Below, one piece after another: positions 12,453-24,939 of a stretch of DNA of 64,000 nucleotides. Positions within the stretch are counted from its first letter, which is position 1; every line of letters begins with the position of its first letter. Origin of the DNA: Mobula hypostoma (lineage: Eukaryota). A program made the translations under genes and the position numbers. The notes beneath the pieces were generated by a model that saw only the letters and a list, made by a program, of their open reading frames with translations, was not told the origin of the DNA and searched no databases. The DNA lies in the NCBI RefSeq assembly GCF_963921235.1, contig NC_086108.1, forward strand, positions 27,096,001-27,160,000. Direction: 5' to 3'.

Positions 12453-13700
12453 AAGTTCATATCATGCCATGCATGGGTTTTGATACCAGTCCTCCAAGTA
12501 TTAATCCAAGCCTAGGTGTTAGTGATGTGTGTCACTCAGTTCTACCCACTGTTATAAACTTTAGCTTTATTTGCTGTGGTTTAATTTCCCCCTCTCATGC
12601 TTCTGTTTCATAAATGTGATTCCCTTTCAGGTTGTTAACTCAAATAATCTCTCGCCCTGGACATGGACATTGCACACCATATCTATTCAAAGTCCAGTGC
12701 CCTGCTCCCCACCACTTCATTAAGAACACTAATCCTTGGCTTAGCCTTGGAAAATAGGGAATTACAACAATGAGGGCTAAAACATGATGCAGTGATGTGG
12801 ACTAGAGATGTGCATGTTTGGAATATTTTAAATGAAGGTGCTCCTTTCTGATACATCGAAATCAAATGATCAGTGTGATAGTCATGTAAGCTTGTTAGAA
12901 ACAACTCAACTTGATCAGGTAACTAAATTATTAAATATTGAAGTATTGTTTTGTTTATTATCTTCTTTCAAATTACAATAATATTTTTCAGGTCAAATTA
13001 TATGCATATTGTATTTACATCATTTACTGACAGAATAAAGAATGTCTAAGGGCTTATTTATAACTGACCCATCTTCTAAATAGATTGCAGCGTGGTGGAA
13101 AGGATAATGTGGAGGATTTAATTATATGGTGGGATCCACGGTCTTTAAGTTTTCAAAGCTCTGCATTCGGAAGTGACTGCAGTCAGATGAATGGTGTGCA
13201 ACCAGTAGTTACCATGGTTACAATGCAACACTGAGGATAGTTAGAAAAAGAAAGAAAGCCAGAAAATGTTTGAAATCTGAATTTAAAATAGAACATGTAA
13301 TAGTTCTGTCACCCTCTTGGGAAAGAGAATAGCCAGGGCAATGTGTTGGGTGGAAATCAGCAGGATCCTATACCATTCTTCCTTCAGCAGAAGATTATAA
13401 GGACTGACATGAGTGTATGTGTATAAAGAGTGTGATTATACTTGAAGTTGACAGATGCAGAATGCCAAGTGTGAATGATGCATTTTACAGCAGTGTTTGT
13501 AAAAGAGTCACAAAAAACAGGGCAAGTTATTGGTTCATGAATGACTTGTGGGAACATTCCATAGATTACTTTAATCCCTTGGTGTCCTTAGTGATGACTG
13601 AGATCTATCTGCTGAACATCAAGCTGAAAGTGTTTCTTACAGAAATAGTAGAAGTCTGGTTCTAATGTAATATCATTACCCAATAAACCACTTTGCTTTT
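12453..13700 (+). repeat. Copy A of a diverged ~1.2 kb inverted duplication (partner 49260-50476)
   Basis: Colinear reverse-complement matches, e.g. 13358 cagcaggatcctat / 49574 ataggatcctgctg and 12616 gtgattccctttcagg / 50290 cctgaaagggaatcac. Confidence 0.85.
13208..13221 (-). promoter_or_regulatory. RFX X-box-like motif GTAACCATGGTAAC
   Basis: Fits GTNRCC-N2-RGYAAC; identical in the paralogous copy at 49715-49728; function not shown. Confidence 0.4.
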
Positions 13701-14707
13701 GTTTATTTGTCATTATATGTATTCATAAACTTATCTTAGTTTATTCTTAGCTTTTGGTATACTCTCCATCTCGGTCTTCAAGCTTTGGCTCTGTTTTTTT
13801 CTAAGTGCACAGTTTAGGGGATCCAAGAGTCTTTTGCCTCAATGTCATTCATGATAAACATCCTTTGTTGTAGTATTAACCAACTGTATCCCACCTCTGA
13901 TTCATTCCATTAAAATCAATGGAATTAATTTTCAAAGATTACAATACAATGTGGTAATCTTGTTATATGATTCATGTAATGCGACTGAATGAAGATATAT
14001 TTCCGGACATATGTTTGTTCTAAGAAGTTGAGTGGAATACGGTGTGAGAGACCTGCATGTTTGAGATTCAGGTGGACTGATGGGCAAATTGCTTTAGTAG
14101 CATTGCCTAATTAAGTAGATATTTAAATGAGCCTAAATACCACACACTGTGCAGCATAACGTTTGTACCATAGGGACAACACAGATGGCCGCTGCACAAA
14201 GAGGACAAAGGCAAAATGGTCAAATGCATTTACCAACTGACACTCGTGACTAACACGTAGACAGCAATCCTCATTAGCAACAGAGCGATGTCAGACAAAA
14301 GCATTAAAGCCCAAGTAACTAATGCAGGTAACTGGATTGAAAATAGGGTTTAACTCTCTAATCTAATGAAGTGGGGAACAGGCTCAAGGAGCTGCTTCTG
14401 TGTTGCTTTGAGGCTGTAGATGGATAAATCAATGCAGGCTACTTCACACATGATGAACATGAGGGACAGCTGAAAGGAATCAAACCTTTGGCTAGACCCA
14501 TAAAAATGAATAACGAGGATGGAGATAAATAAAGAGGTGATCATGCACAGAATCAACATTAGGTCAAGTGAAGTAACCAGTCAGCAGCTCTTCTTGCTTG
14601 AATACCTTTGTGTATTTAACTTAAATAAACCCTGAGGCAACATTTCAAAAGAATAATTAGTCCTGATGGAAGGTCATCAGCCTGTAACTTTAATTCTTTC
14701 ACTTTCT

Positions 14708-15028
14708 CAAAGTCAAGTTTATTGATACATGCATAAGTACATGTATGCACAGGTGCAACAAGAAACTTACTTGCAGCAGCATCTCAGGCATATTAGAGAC
14801 AAATAAGTGAAAAGCATAGCATAAATTGAACATAAATGAAACAATTTTTACAACAAATGCTTAGAACAAAGCCACAAAGGCTGTATTATATTAGTAAAGG
14901 CTATATTCACAGCGAACATAGTGCTACTAGACTTGGATAGTGTTTAGGGTTGTGAGGTTTGTTCAAGAACTGAGTGGTTAACAGGAAGCAGCTGTTCTTG
15001 AACCTGGTGGTGTGAGACTTCAGGATTC
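14708..15028 (-). mobile_element. Rex1/Babar-like LINE 3' tail fragment
   Basis: 'caaagtcaagtttatt...gaagcagctgttcttgaacctggtggtgtgagacttcagg', similar to other such tails in this window. Confidence 0.5.
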
Positions 15029-15757
15029 CATAAGACATAGGAGCAGAATTAGGCCATTCAGCTCATCAAGCCGGCTCCACTAGTCTATCCCTCTCAATCT
15101 CATTCTCCTGCATTCTCCACGTAACCTTTGATACCCTGACCAATCAAGAGCATATAAACCACCACTTTAAATATAACTCAATGACTTGGCCTCCGTAGCT
15201 ATCGGTGGCAATGAATTCCACACATGCACTACCCTCATGCAAAAGAAATAGCTCATTTCTGTTCCAAAAGGCATCATATTCTGAGGCTGTGCGCTGTGGT
15301 CCTAGTCTCACTCACTATAGAAAACATCCTCTGCACATCCACTCTAGCTGGAACTTTCAGTATTTGCTAGAAGAATGAGTGGGACCACATTGAAACCTAA
15401 ACTCCAGCGAGTGCAGGCCCAGAGCCATCAAGTGCTCCTCATATGTTAACCCTTTTATTCTCAGAATCATTCCAGTGAACCTCCTCTGGACCTCTGCAAT
15501 GCCACACATCCTTTCTTAGATAAGTGGCCGAAAACTGCTCACAATACTCCAAGTGCGGTCTGACCAGTGCCTCATAAAGCCTCAGAATTACATCCTTTCC
15601 GTTATATTCTAGTCCTCTTGAAATAAATGCTAACATTGCATGACTCAACTGCAAATTAACCTTTAGAGAATCTTACACAAGGACTCACAAGTCACTTTGC
15701 AGCACTGATTTTTCAATTTTCTCTCCATTCAGAAAATAATCTATGCCATTTGTCATG
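15029..15757 (-). mobile_element. CR1 3' portion, host of the Gypsy insertion
   Basis: ORF LAFISRGLEY...LVRPHLEYCEQF; tail 'cataagacataggagcagaattaggccattc'. Confidence 0.85.
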
Positions 15758-16240
15758 TGTGACGTCAAGCAGAGCTACCGGACGGATGATGCTAATGAGA
15801 GAGATAACGGAAGACAGTAGAGAAACATTCAAAATGCTAATAAGAGAGAAGAGAGAGATTAACGAGAAAGAAACACAATTCACATATTGACAGACCGGTT
15901 GCTTTGAACCTGAACTGTTTGAAGTTTGATGGACAGGTGATACCCCAGCAGGGGGATAAAAAGAACAGATTTGCTAAGACATGAGACATGCCACGAGACC
16001 GTGCAAAGAGCAGTGTGCCCCTACAAGTTGGTGAGAGTTTGGAGAACCGGTTCGCGGGAACCAATCAGAGGCTCACAGAGTGTAATTGTATGATCAGTGG
16101 GAACCTGGGGTGTGTGTCCGCCCTGCCTGGGTGCCGGGTTCACTGCAGAAGAACGATTGTATCCGGAACAGAGGGGTCACAATCGGTGACCACACAATCG
16201 GTGGGATCAGAAGACATCAAAAGGTTTGCCTGAAACCAAC

Positions 16241-16276
<36 letters not shown>

Positions 16277-16558
16277 GGTACAACAACAGCGATTACTTCA
16301 AACTGCTCTAAACTGAACTGAACTCTGCTTCAATTAAGACTGATCATTTTACCCCTAGACTGCGATAGAGCTTGGTTGATTCCTATTACCCTATTTCTGT
16401 GTATATGTGTGTAATATCATTGCTAACCTGTTAAATTTATATCCTTGTGATTAGCGTACTGTATTACTTATTTCTTTAATAAAACTGTATTAGTTCCTAG
16501 TAATCACAGACCATTCCATTTCTGCTGGTTTGGCAACCCAGTTATGGGGTACGTAACA
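15758..16558 (+). mobile_element. 5' LTR of a Gypsy retrotransposon
   Basis: TG...CA ends (TGTGAC...GTAACA), AATAAA near 16478, followed by PBS and gag; homologous to solo LTR 62470-63300. Confidence 0.9.
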
Positions 16559-16562
16559 TAAG

Positions 16563-16588
16563 TGGGGATCTCGTCCGGGATTTTGAAC
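16563..16588 (+). promoter_or_regulatory. Primer-binding site, tRNA-Pro type
   Basis: TGGGGATCTCGTCCGGGATTTTGAAC vs canonical tRNA-Pro PBS TGGGGGCTCGTCCGGGAT. Confidence 0.85.
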
Positions 16589-16660
16589 GCCAAAATTGGG
16601 ACTGGGTAAATTGATTAGGTTAAAATTCCCCCCAAAAAAGAGAAAGGGCAAACAGCAGAA

Positions 16661-18730
16661 ATGGAGATTGAGGAATTTCTAAAGGCACCAACCTTGGAGG
16701 CATTAGAGGATGCCAGGAAATCAGAATTGGCGACTGTTGCCAAATGGTTGAATCTTTTTAAGGGGAAGCCAACAATGAGGAGAGCGGAGATGCACAGAGC
16801 TATCATTGAGCATTATGTATCTAAAGGTGTGTTTCCCCATGGGGAGCTGGAGATGGTGTCTATGAGCAAAGCTGGTGGAGAAGCAGTACAGCTGCAGATG
16901 GAAAAATTAAGGTTCGAACATAGGTTCCGAATGAAGCAGTTAGAACAAGAGAGAGTAAAGCAGCTAGAGCGAGAAGAGAGAGAAAGACAGCTAGAATGAG
17001 AAGAGAGAGAGAAGGAACGGGAGTTTGAGGTGGAGAAGTTAAGGATGGCGCTAGAGAGGGGCCAAATGCTGAACTAAGGTGGGGGGTTCAGGGCGACCCA
17101 GGAGGTTAGGCTGGTTCCCCCATTTGAGGAGGCTGATGTTGATTGGTACTTTCTACATTTTGAAAAAGTCGCTGCAAGTCAGGACTGGCCAAGAGATAAG
17201 TGGGCTGTTTTGCTTCAGAGCGTACTTAAGGGGAAGGCTCAACAAACTTACTCAGCGTTGTCAGCAGAAGTTGCCCAGAGGTATGATGTGGTGAAAGAGG
17301 CTATACTCAGGATTTATGAGTTGGTCCTGGAGGCATACCGGCAAAGGTTCTGGAATGTGAAGAAGCAGTGGGGCCGCACGTATTTAGAGTTTGCCCGTGA
17401 GATGCAGATGTATTGTGAGCGTTGGTGCGCTGCAAAAGGGGTCACTGGAAATTATGACAGACTGCTACAGCTAATACTGATTGAGCAATTTAAAGGTTGT
17501 GTCCCTGAAGGTATGAGGCCCTATCTAGATGAGAAGGAGGCAGAAACCTTAGCCGTGACTGCTAAGTTAGCGGATGAGTACACGTTAACACACAAAGCAA
17601 AGTTTACCCTGAGTAAGAGCTACCAGAAGGGTAGTCGAGAGGGCGGAGAAAGTCCGCCGGAAAAGCCAGAAAGTAAGCCGGGGACTAGTGAGAAGGGTAA
17701 GGAAGACAGGAAGCAGTTTGGTAAGAAGTCTGCTGGGGTCGTATGCTATAATTGTGGGAAAGCCGGTCACATTGCATCCAGGTGTTTGGCCCCAAAGAAG
17801 GAGATGGGGAAAGGAAAAACAACGACTCCGACTGGCTGTATTGAGCCGGAAAACAAACTGCTAGGGGAGAAGAGGTCGAATAGAGTTCAGGAAGGGCACG
17901 AGAAGTTTATTTCGGCCGAATTGGTGTCGGTGAAGAAGGGGTCAAACCCAGTTCCAGTACGGATCTGGAGAGACACTGGGGCTTGTCAGTCATTGATCTT
18001 AAGGAGGGTGTTAGACTTTAGTTCGGAGACTGAGACTGGGGAGGTCAGTGTGATAAAAGGCATTGGGAAAGGGACTGAAGGAGTACCTTTGCACCAGATA
18101 CACCTAAAAAGTGACTTGGTCTCCGGACCGGTCACATAGGGCTGAGGCCCGAATTACCGATGGAAGATGTGGAGGTCTTACTCAGTAACAACCTTGCAGG
18201 TGGAGATGTGTACCCAGCAGTAAAGCTGACAAGCAAGCCTGCCAGGACTGATGACCTGCCCATGGTCTCACAGGTTTATCCCATTTGCGCAGTAACTCGG
18301 CGCACGTCCAGAAAGGCTGCCGAAGCGAATGTAGATTTAGCTGAGACGTTTTTACCAGCCTTGTACCAGGAGGGGTTAGAAAGTGAGAAGCAGCATAGTG
18401 AAACGGAAGGAAGTGAGGGAATTGAGGTAGACTTGTCATTAGCGAGGAAGGAATTTATACAGACACAGGAACGAGACGAGGAGCTAATGGTTTTGACGGA
18501 GACAGCTCTCTCTGAAGCAGAAATAAAAAGGGAACCAATGGGCTATTATGTGAAGGAGGGAGAACTGATGAGGAAGTGGAGACCAAGTACCGTGCCCACA
18601 GATGAGGAATGGGGGGTGGTACACCCAGTGGTAGTGCCGAAAATTTATAGGAACGAGATTTTTAACCTGGCCCACAAGATACCCCTCAGTGGACATTCTG
18701 GGGTGAGGAAAACAGTCGATAGAATTATGA
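16661..18730 (+). pseudogene. Gmr1-like Gypsy gag-protease-integrase (N-terminus), 3'-truncated
   Basis: SCAN-like capsid (EAYRQRFW...LILIEQFK), CCHC knuckle CYNCGKAGHIASRC, protease RDTGA, integrase Zn motif AHKIPLSGHSG; in-frame stops at 16997 and 17075, frameshift ~18137. Confidence 0.9.
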
Positions 18731-19556
18731 CCATGGACACCTTCACAGCGATTGCGCAACCACCAACTGCGACTCCAGCCTTGAACTCCAGGCCGGGTCT
18801 TTATGTGCTGCTGTTGTGACTCCTGTCTCCCCTTCCCCCACCAATACTCTGCAATCCCGTCTCCCTCAGATCCTACCGTCAGCTCCTGGGCCCTCAGAGG
18901 CTCCATCTTCCTCTCACCCCAACCCTCCCCTCTCCATTGACACCCCCAGCCTCCCCCCACCCCCTCTGATCCCAGCTCTCATCCGTGCCGGCTCTTTACC
19001 ATCCCCTCCGACCTTCAACTGTCGCAGGCAGAACGCTCTGTTCTCAGTAAGGGCCTCACCTTCGCCCACACCTCAGTGAGTTCCGTGTTCGCCATGATGC
19101 GGAACTTTTCTTCCGCCGTCTCCGTCTCCGAGCCTACTTCTTCGGCAAGGACTCTTCCACCCCCACCGATGACCCCTTCTCCCGTCTTCTTTCTTTCTTT
19201 CTTTTCTTTTTAAATCTTTTTATTGAGTAAGTATACAAAAAAGGTAAGCCATATAAACATTAATACAATGTTAAAGTATAATAAAATTCCAAAAGATAAC
19301 AATACCAAAAAGAAAATACTACAAACAATGTAATTTAAGCATAAGAAACCAAGATAACATAATAGTATACTAGATTTTATATATATCAATGGAAAAAAAA
19401 GAAAAAAAAAACCCCCCAAAAAAACCCACCGTGCAACTAACTAAAAGCAAAGCAAAGCAATGGGCTAACTTGAAACCAAACAGAGTTAAACTTAAAATCA
19501 CGTCCTCAATCCCGATCTCCATTAAAACAGTGAGAAAAGAACAAGAAGGGTAAATA

Positions 19557-22500
19557 TTACATTAAATGAAAATATCGAATAAAAGGTCCCCAAATCTGTT
19601 CAAATTTAAATGAAGAATCATAAAGGTTACTTCTAATTTTCTCCAGATTCAAACATAAAATCGTCTGAGAAAACCAAAAAAAGGTAGTTGGAGCATTAAG
19701 CTCTTTCCAATGTTGTAAAATACATCTTTTCGCCATCAAAGTAAGAAATGCAATCATTCTACGGGCTGAAGGGGAAAGATTACTAGAAATTTTAGGTAGT
19801 CCAAAGATAGCAGTAATAGGGTGAGGAGAGATATCTATATTTAATACCTTAGAAATAATATTGAAAATATCTCTCCAAAAAGTTTCCAAAGTAGGGCAAG
19901 ACCAAAACATATGAGTTAAAGAGGCTATCTGCCCCGAACATCTATCACAGAAAGGATTAATATGCGTGTAAAAACGCGCTAACTTATCTTTGGACATATG
20001 TGCTCTATGAACCACTTTAAATTGAATTAGGGAATGTTTAGCACAAATAGAGGAAGTATTAACTAATTGTAAAATCTGCCCCCAATCATCCACAGAAATG
20101 GTAAGCCCCAATTCCTGTTCCCAATCTACCCTAATCTTATCAAATGGAGCTTTCCTAAGTTTCATAATAATATTATAAATCATAGCCGATGCACCTTTCT
20201 GACATGGATTAAGGTTAATTATCGAATCTAAAATATATATAGGAGGAAGCATTGGAAAGGAAGAAAGTATAGTACTTAGGAAATTTCTAACTTGTAAATA
20301 TCTAAAAAAATGTATTCTTGATAAGTTATATTTATTAGATAATTGTTCAAAAGACATAAGGGAACCATCTAAAAATAAATCCAAAAACCGTAAAATACCC
20401 TTAGTCTTCCAAGTTTGAAAAGCGCGATCCATAAAAGAGGGAGGAAAAAATATGTTACCTAAAATAGGAATCGCTAACCCGAATTGATTAAGATCAAAAA
20501 ATCTTCTGAATTGAAACCAAATACGCAAAGCATATTTAACGATCGGGTTAGAGACCTGCTTAAGGCGTTTCGAATCAAAGGGAAGAGATGAACCTAAAAT
20601 AGAACCAAGTGTATAACCCTGAACAGATTGTAATTCCAATGCTACCCATTTAGGAATAGATAGTATGTCCCGGTCAAGTAACCAAAATTTCATATGTCGA
20701 ATATTAATAGCCCAATAATAAAATCTAAAGTTAGGTAATGCTAAACCTCCATCTCTCTTAGCTTTCTGTAAATGTATTTACCCAGTCTCGGATTCTTATT
20801 CTGCCAAATAAATGAAGAAATTTTAGAGTCGACTTTATCAAAAAAAGATTTAGGAACGAAAATTGGTAATGCCTGAAACACATATAAAAATTTTGGCAAA
20901 AAAAAACATCTTAACTGCATTAATACGACCAATCAAAGTTAAATATAAGGGAAACCATTTAGATGAAAGTTGAGTAATATGGTCTATTAATGGTAAAAAG
21001 TTAGTCTTAAATAAATCTTTATGTTTACAAGTAATTTTAATCCCAAGATATGAAAGGTAATTATTAATCAATTTAAATGGAAATTTATAATATAAGGGAA
21101 GATGTTTATTAATCGGAAAAAGTTCACTCTTACTAAGATTTAATTTATAACCTGAGAAAAGACCAAATTGTGCTAATAACTCTAAAACAGCAGGAATAGA
21201 TCTCTCAGGATTAGAAATATATAAAAGTAAATCATCAGCATAGAGTGATAATTTATGGGACTTTAATCCCCGAGTTATCCCAGTAATATTTGAAGATTCT
21301 CGAATAGCAATTGCAAGAGGTTCTAATGCAATATCAAATAATAGGGGACTAAGAGGACAGCCTTGTCGAGTACCATGAAAGAGAGGAAAAAAAGGTGAGT
21401 TTAAAGAGTTAGTACGAACCGAGGCTACAGGGGAGTGATATAACAGTTTAATCCAGGATATAAATTTCAAGCTAAAATTAAACATTTCAAGCACCTTAAA
21501 TAAATAAGGCCATTCTACTCTATCAAAAGCTTTCTCGGCATCTAAAGAAATAACACACTCAGGAACATTTTGTGAGGGAGTATAAACGATATTTAACAAT
21601 GTACGAATATTATAAAAAGAGTAACGACCTTTAATAAAACCCGTTTGGTCTTCCGAAATAATAGAAGGAAATACTTTTTCTAGTCTATTTGCTAATAACT
21701 TAGAAAAAACTTTAGAATCAACATTTAATAAAGATATTGGTCTATAAGATGCACATTGAGCAGGGTCTTTATCCTTCTTTAGTATTAAAGAAATTGATGC
21801 TCTATTAAAAGATTCCGGAAGTTTACCAAGTTTCAAAGAAGCCTCAAAAACCTTATAGAGCCAAGGAATCAATAAAGAAGCAAAACATTTATAAAATTCA
21901 ACGGTAAACCCATCAGGGCCAGGAGCTTTCCCCAGATTCATAGAAAAAATAACATTCTTAATCTCATCCATTGTAATGGAAGTATCTAATAAAGAAGACA
22001 TATCCTGTGAAATCTGAGGGAAGTCTAACTTATCTAAAAAATCATTCATATATTTAGAATCTCGAGGAGACTCTGATTGATATAAAGAAGAATAAAAATC
22101 ACAAAAGGTTTGATTAATCCCCACATGATCCAATATCAATCGATCATTTTGGTTATAAATCTGATTGATTTGAGATTTAACATAATTAGATTTCAATTGA
22201 TTAGCCAGCAGCTTGCCAATTTTATCACTATGAACATAAAAATCACTTCTTGTTTTCTTTAATTGGTTTACAATCGAGGACGAGAGTAGTAAACTGTGTT
22301 CCATTTGAAGTTCAGTTCTTTGTTTGTATAGCTCCTCAGAAGGAGCCATAACATATTTCTTATCAATTTCTTTAATCTTGTCCACAATTGCCATCTCCTC
22401 CTGCTTCTGTTTCTTCCTCAAAGCAACGGAATACGAAATAATCTGACCCCGAATATAGGCTTTAAAAGTGTCCCAAAGAGTGTTAACCGAAATATCTTCT

Positions 22501-23333
22501 GTATGGTTAATTGTAAAAAAAAGCTCAATCTGTTCATTCATAAAATTAACAAAGTCCGAGTCCTGAAGCAACAGCGAATTAAAACGCCATTGTCTATTGT
22601 TTGGTATATTGGCCATAATTTTAATAGAAAGCTTAAGTGGAGCATGATCCGAAATGGTTATAGAATCATAATCACATTTAATCACTGAAGGAATGAGACG
22701 AGAGTCAATAAAAAAATAATCAATTCTTGAATAGGAATGATGAACATGTGAAAAAAAGGAAAAATCTTTTTCCTGAGGATGCAGAAAACGCCAAATGTCC
22801 GTCGACCCAGAATCAGAAAGAAAAAAATTAATCAAATTTGCAGATTTATTAGGTAAAGTCCGTAAAGGAGCCGAACGGTCCAAAGCTGGAGATAAACAGG
22901 TATTAAGATCTCCGCCCCAAATCAATGAAAACTCGTTCAAATTCGGAAACTGATCAAACAATGATTTATAAAATTCCGGACAATCCATATTAGGAGCATA
23001 AACATTAACCAAAACTACTTTTTTATTAAATAGTAAACCACTAACCAATAAAAATCTACCATTCGGATCAGAGATAATATCCTGTTGTATAAAAGTAACT
23101 GAGGAATCTATAAAAATAGAGACGCCTCGAATCTTAGCATTGGAGTTCGAATGAAATTGTTGTCCCTTCCAGAATTTGAAAAAACGTAGTCTGTCCCCCC
23201 TCCGTACATGGGTCTCTTGTAAAAATAAAATTTGTGCTTTAAGTCTCCGGAACACTTTAAAAACTTTTTTTCTTTTAATAGGATGATTAAGACCATTAGT
23301 ATTCCAGGAGACAAAATTAATAATAGACTCCAT
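19557..23333 (-). CDS. L1 ORF2p (APE endonuclease, RT, C-terminal Cys motif), two 1-nt frameshifts
   Basis: SWNTNGLN, FLQETH, GGDLN, SRIDY, SDH, GTRQGCPLSP, LYADD, CDRC...HMFWSC; slips at ~20900 (9-nt run) and ~20779. Confidence 0.92.
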
Positions 23334-24042
23334 AAATCCTAAAGTCAACCCACAACAAGGAGGATTGACAATAGGCGCGACCCACAAACCCGGAGAGGAA
23401 ACAGAACATACAAAAGATACCGGGGAAAAGGACGCAACCAGTACTTCAATAATGTATATAGCCCAAAGAAAAACAAACTAAAACGTGAAGCCCCTCCCAC
23501 CACCCCCCAGCCCAAGACCCCAAGGCAAAATCTAAAGCAGACCCGCCAGAAAGAAGCAAGCGCTAAAACTACCCCCATGACTTCCGGTATACGCTCCCTA
23601 AAAAAAAGGTATAAATATGAAAAGGATCAGCTAATTGTAAAACAGTAAAAAAAATAAGTAAAAAAAAAGTTAGCTCAATTAGAATACACACAGAACAGAA
23701 CAAAAGCCGGAAAATATATATTAAAAAAAAACCACAATAAACCTCAAACTCATGAATAGACACAGCAACAAAAAAAAAAGGATTATTAACATAAAGTGAT
23801 TATAAAAAGCAAAACAGAATAAAATTTAAAAAAAAACTACAAAATTTAAGGCCGCACAGGAAATACGTAAGATGACAAAAGGGAAGTAACCACCCAGAAT
23901 CCCCTGGGAAAAGAAAGAAATGACGCAGTTAAAAAGAAAGTTTAGCAGCCATATTAAGAAATCAAAAGTAAACTTTTCTGCCCAAATAGGGCACAGAAAA
24001 GTTAAAACCAACCAATTCACAGCCTCCGATCAACGGAGAAAA

Positions 24043-24939
24043 TTAAAAAAAAAGGCAATTAAGATGTTGAAGATGAAAGTTGATCCAGATAACTCTGGGC
24101 ATCCGATGGAGAATCAAAAAACGAAGGGCTCCATCTAACATGCGAATCCTTAGACGTGCAGGGTACAGCAGCGCTGGTCTTAAATCCATCTTATAGAATT
24201 CCGACATCACGGATCTGTAACGGACCCGTTGGTCCCAGATTGGTTTACTGAAATCTTCCACGAATCGGAACTTAAGATCCGAAAAATCAATGAAACCTTT
24301 AGATCGAGCGAATCGAAACAGTCTCTCCTTGTCTTGAAAGTAATGAAAACGTAAAATAACATGCCTAGGTCTATCTGACCTAGACGAGTATGATGGGATT
24401 CTGTGAACACGATCCAGTAGCGGTGGTTGGTCAGGAAATACAGTAGGGAATGCATCTTTTAAAAGTTGAGAGAAATATTTCATGGGGTTGTTAGCTTCAA
24501 CGGCTTCTCTCACGCCGATCATTCGTAAATTCTGCCGTCGCATTCTAGATTCCAAGTCAGAGTTTTTAAAAGTCAAAAAGTCAAGTTTCTTCTTCATTAC
24601 ATTAATTGTTTCTTCGATTTTCCCCATCTTAAGCTCACTTTGTTGCGCGAATTTTTGAAGATCAGATATAGCCGACTGATGTTCCGCAATACATGTTTGC
24701 ATCTTATCAATTAAATCGGCAATTTTCTGGAAATTAGTTGAGATTTCCGCATGAATCAGATCTTTAACAAAGCCTGCAATTTCCGTACGAATCATCTCCC
24801 TAACAGAGGTTGAAATTTCCCTCTGAATTAACTCCGATATCGCTTTCAAAGTCACCGGTGATTCAGTCGGAGGGAGATCCGTAGCTTTCGGTTTCGCCGA
24901 AGGTTTACCATCCTTGCCGTTTTTCCCGTTCTTAGACAT
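24043..24939 (-). CDS. L1 ORF1p (coiled-coil, RRM, CTD)
   Basis: DLESRMRRQNLRMIGVRE, LDRVHRI, PRHVILRF, LLYPARL motifs; probable 1-nt slip in the homopolymer near 24120. Confidence 0.9.
   Translation of the reverse strand: MSKNGKNGKDGKPSAKPKATDLPPTESPVTLKAISELIQREISTSVREMIRTEIAGFVKDLIHAEISTNFQKIADLIDKMQTCIAEHQSAISDLQKFAQQSELKMGKIEETINVMKKKLDFLTFKNSDLESRMRRQNLRMIGVREAVEANNPMKYFSQLLKDAFPTVFPDQPPLLDRVHRIPSYSSRSDRPRHVILRFHYFQDKERLFRFARSKGFIDFSDLKFRFVEDFSKPIWDQRVRYRSVMSEFYKMDLRPALLYPARLRIRMLDGALRFLILHRMPRVIWINFHLQHLNCLFF

Noticed and set aside
12616..12925. Coding exon after the conserved acceptor-like ttccctttcag
   Set aside because: All frames close early, the paralogue has frame-breaking indels, and the donor is not conserved.
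18160..18819. 219-aa ORF as a novel protein
   Set aside because: Gypsy pol fragment reading through the junction into Penelope sequence.
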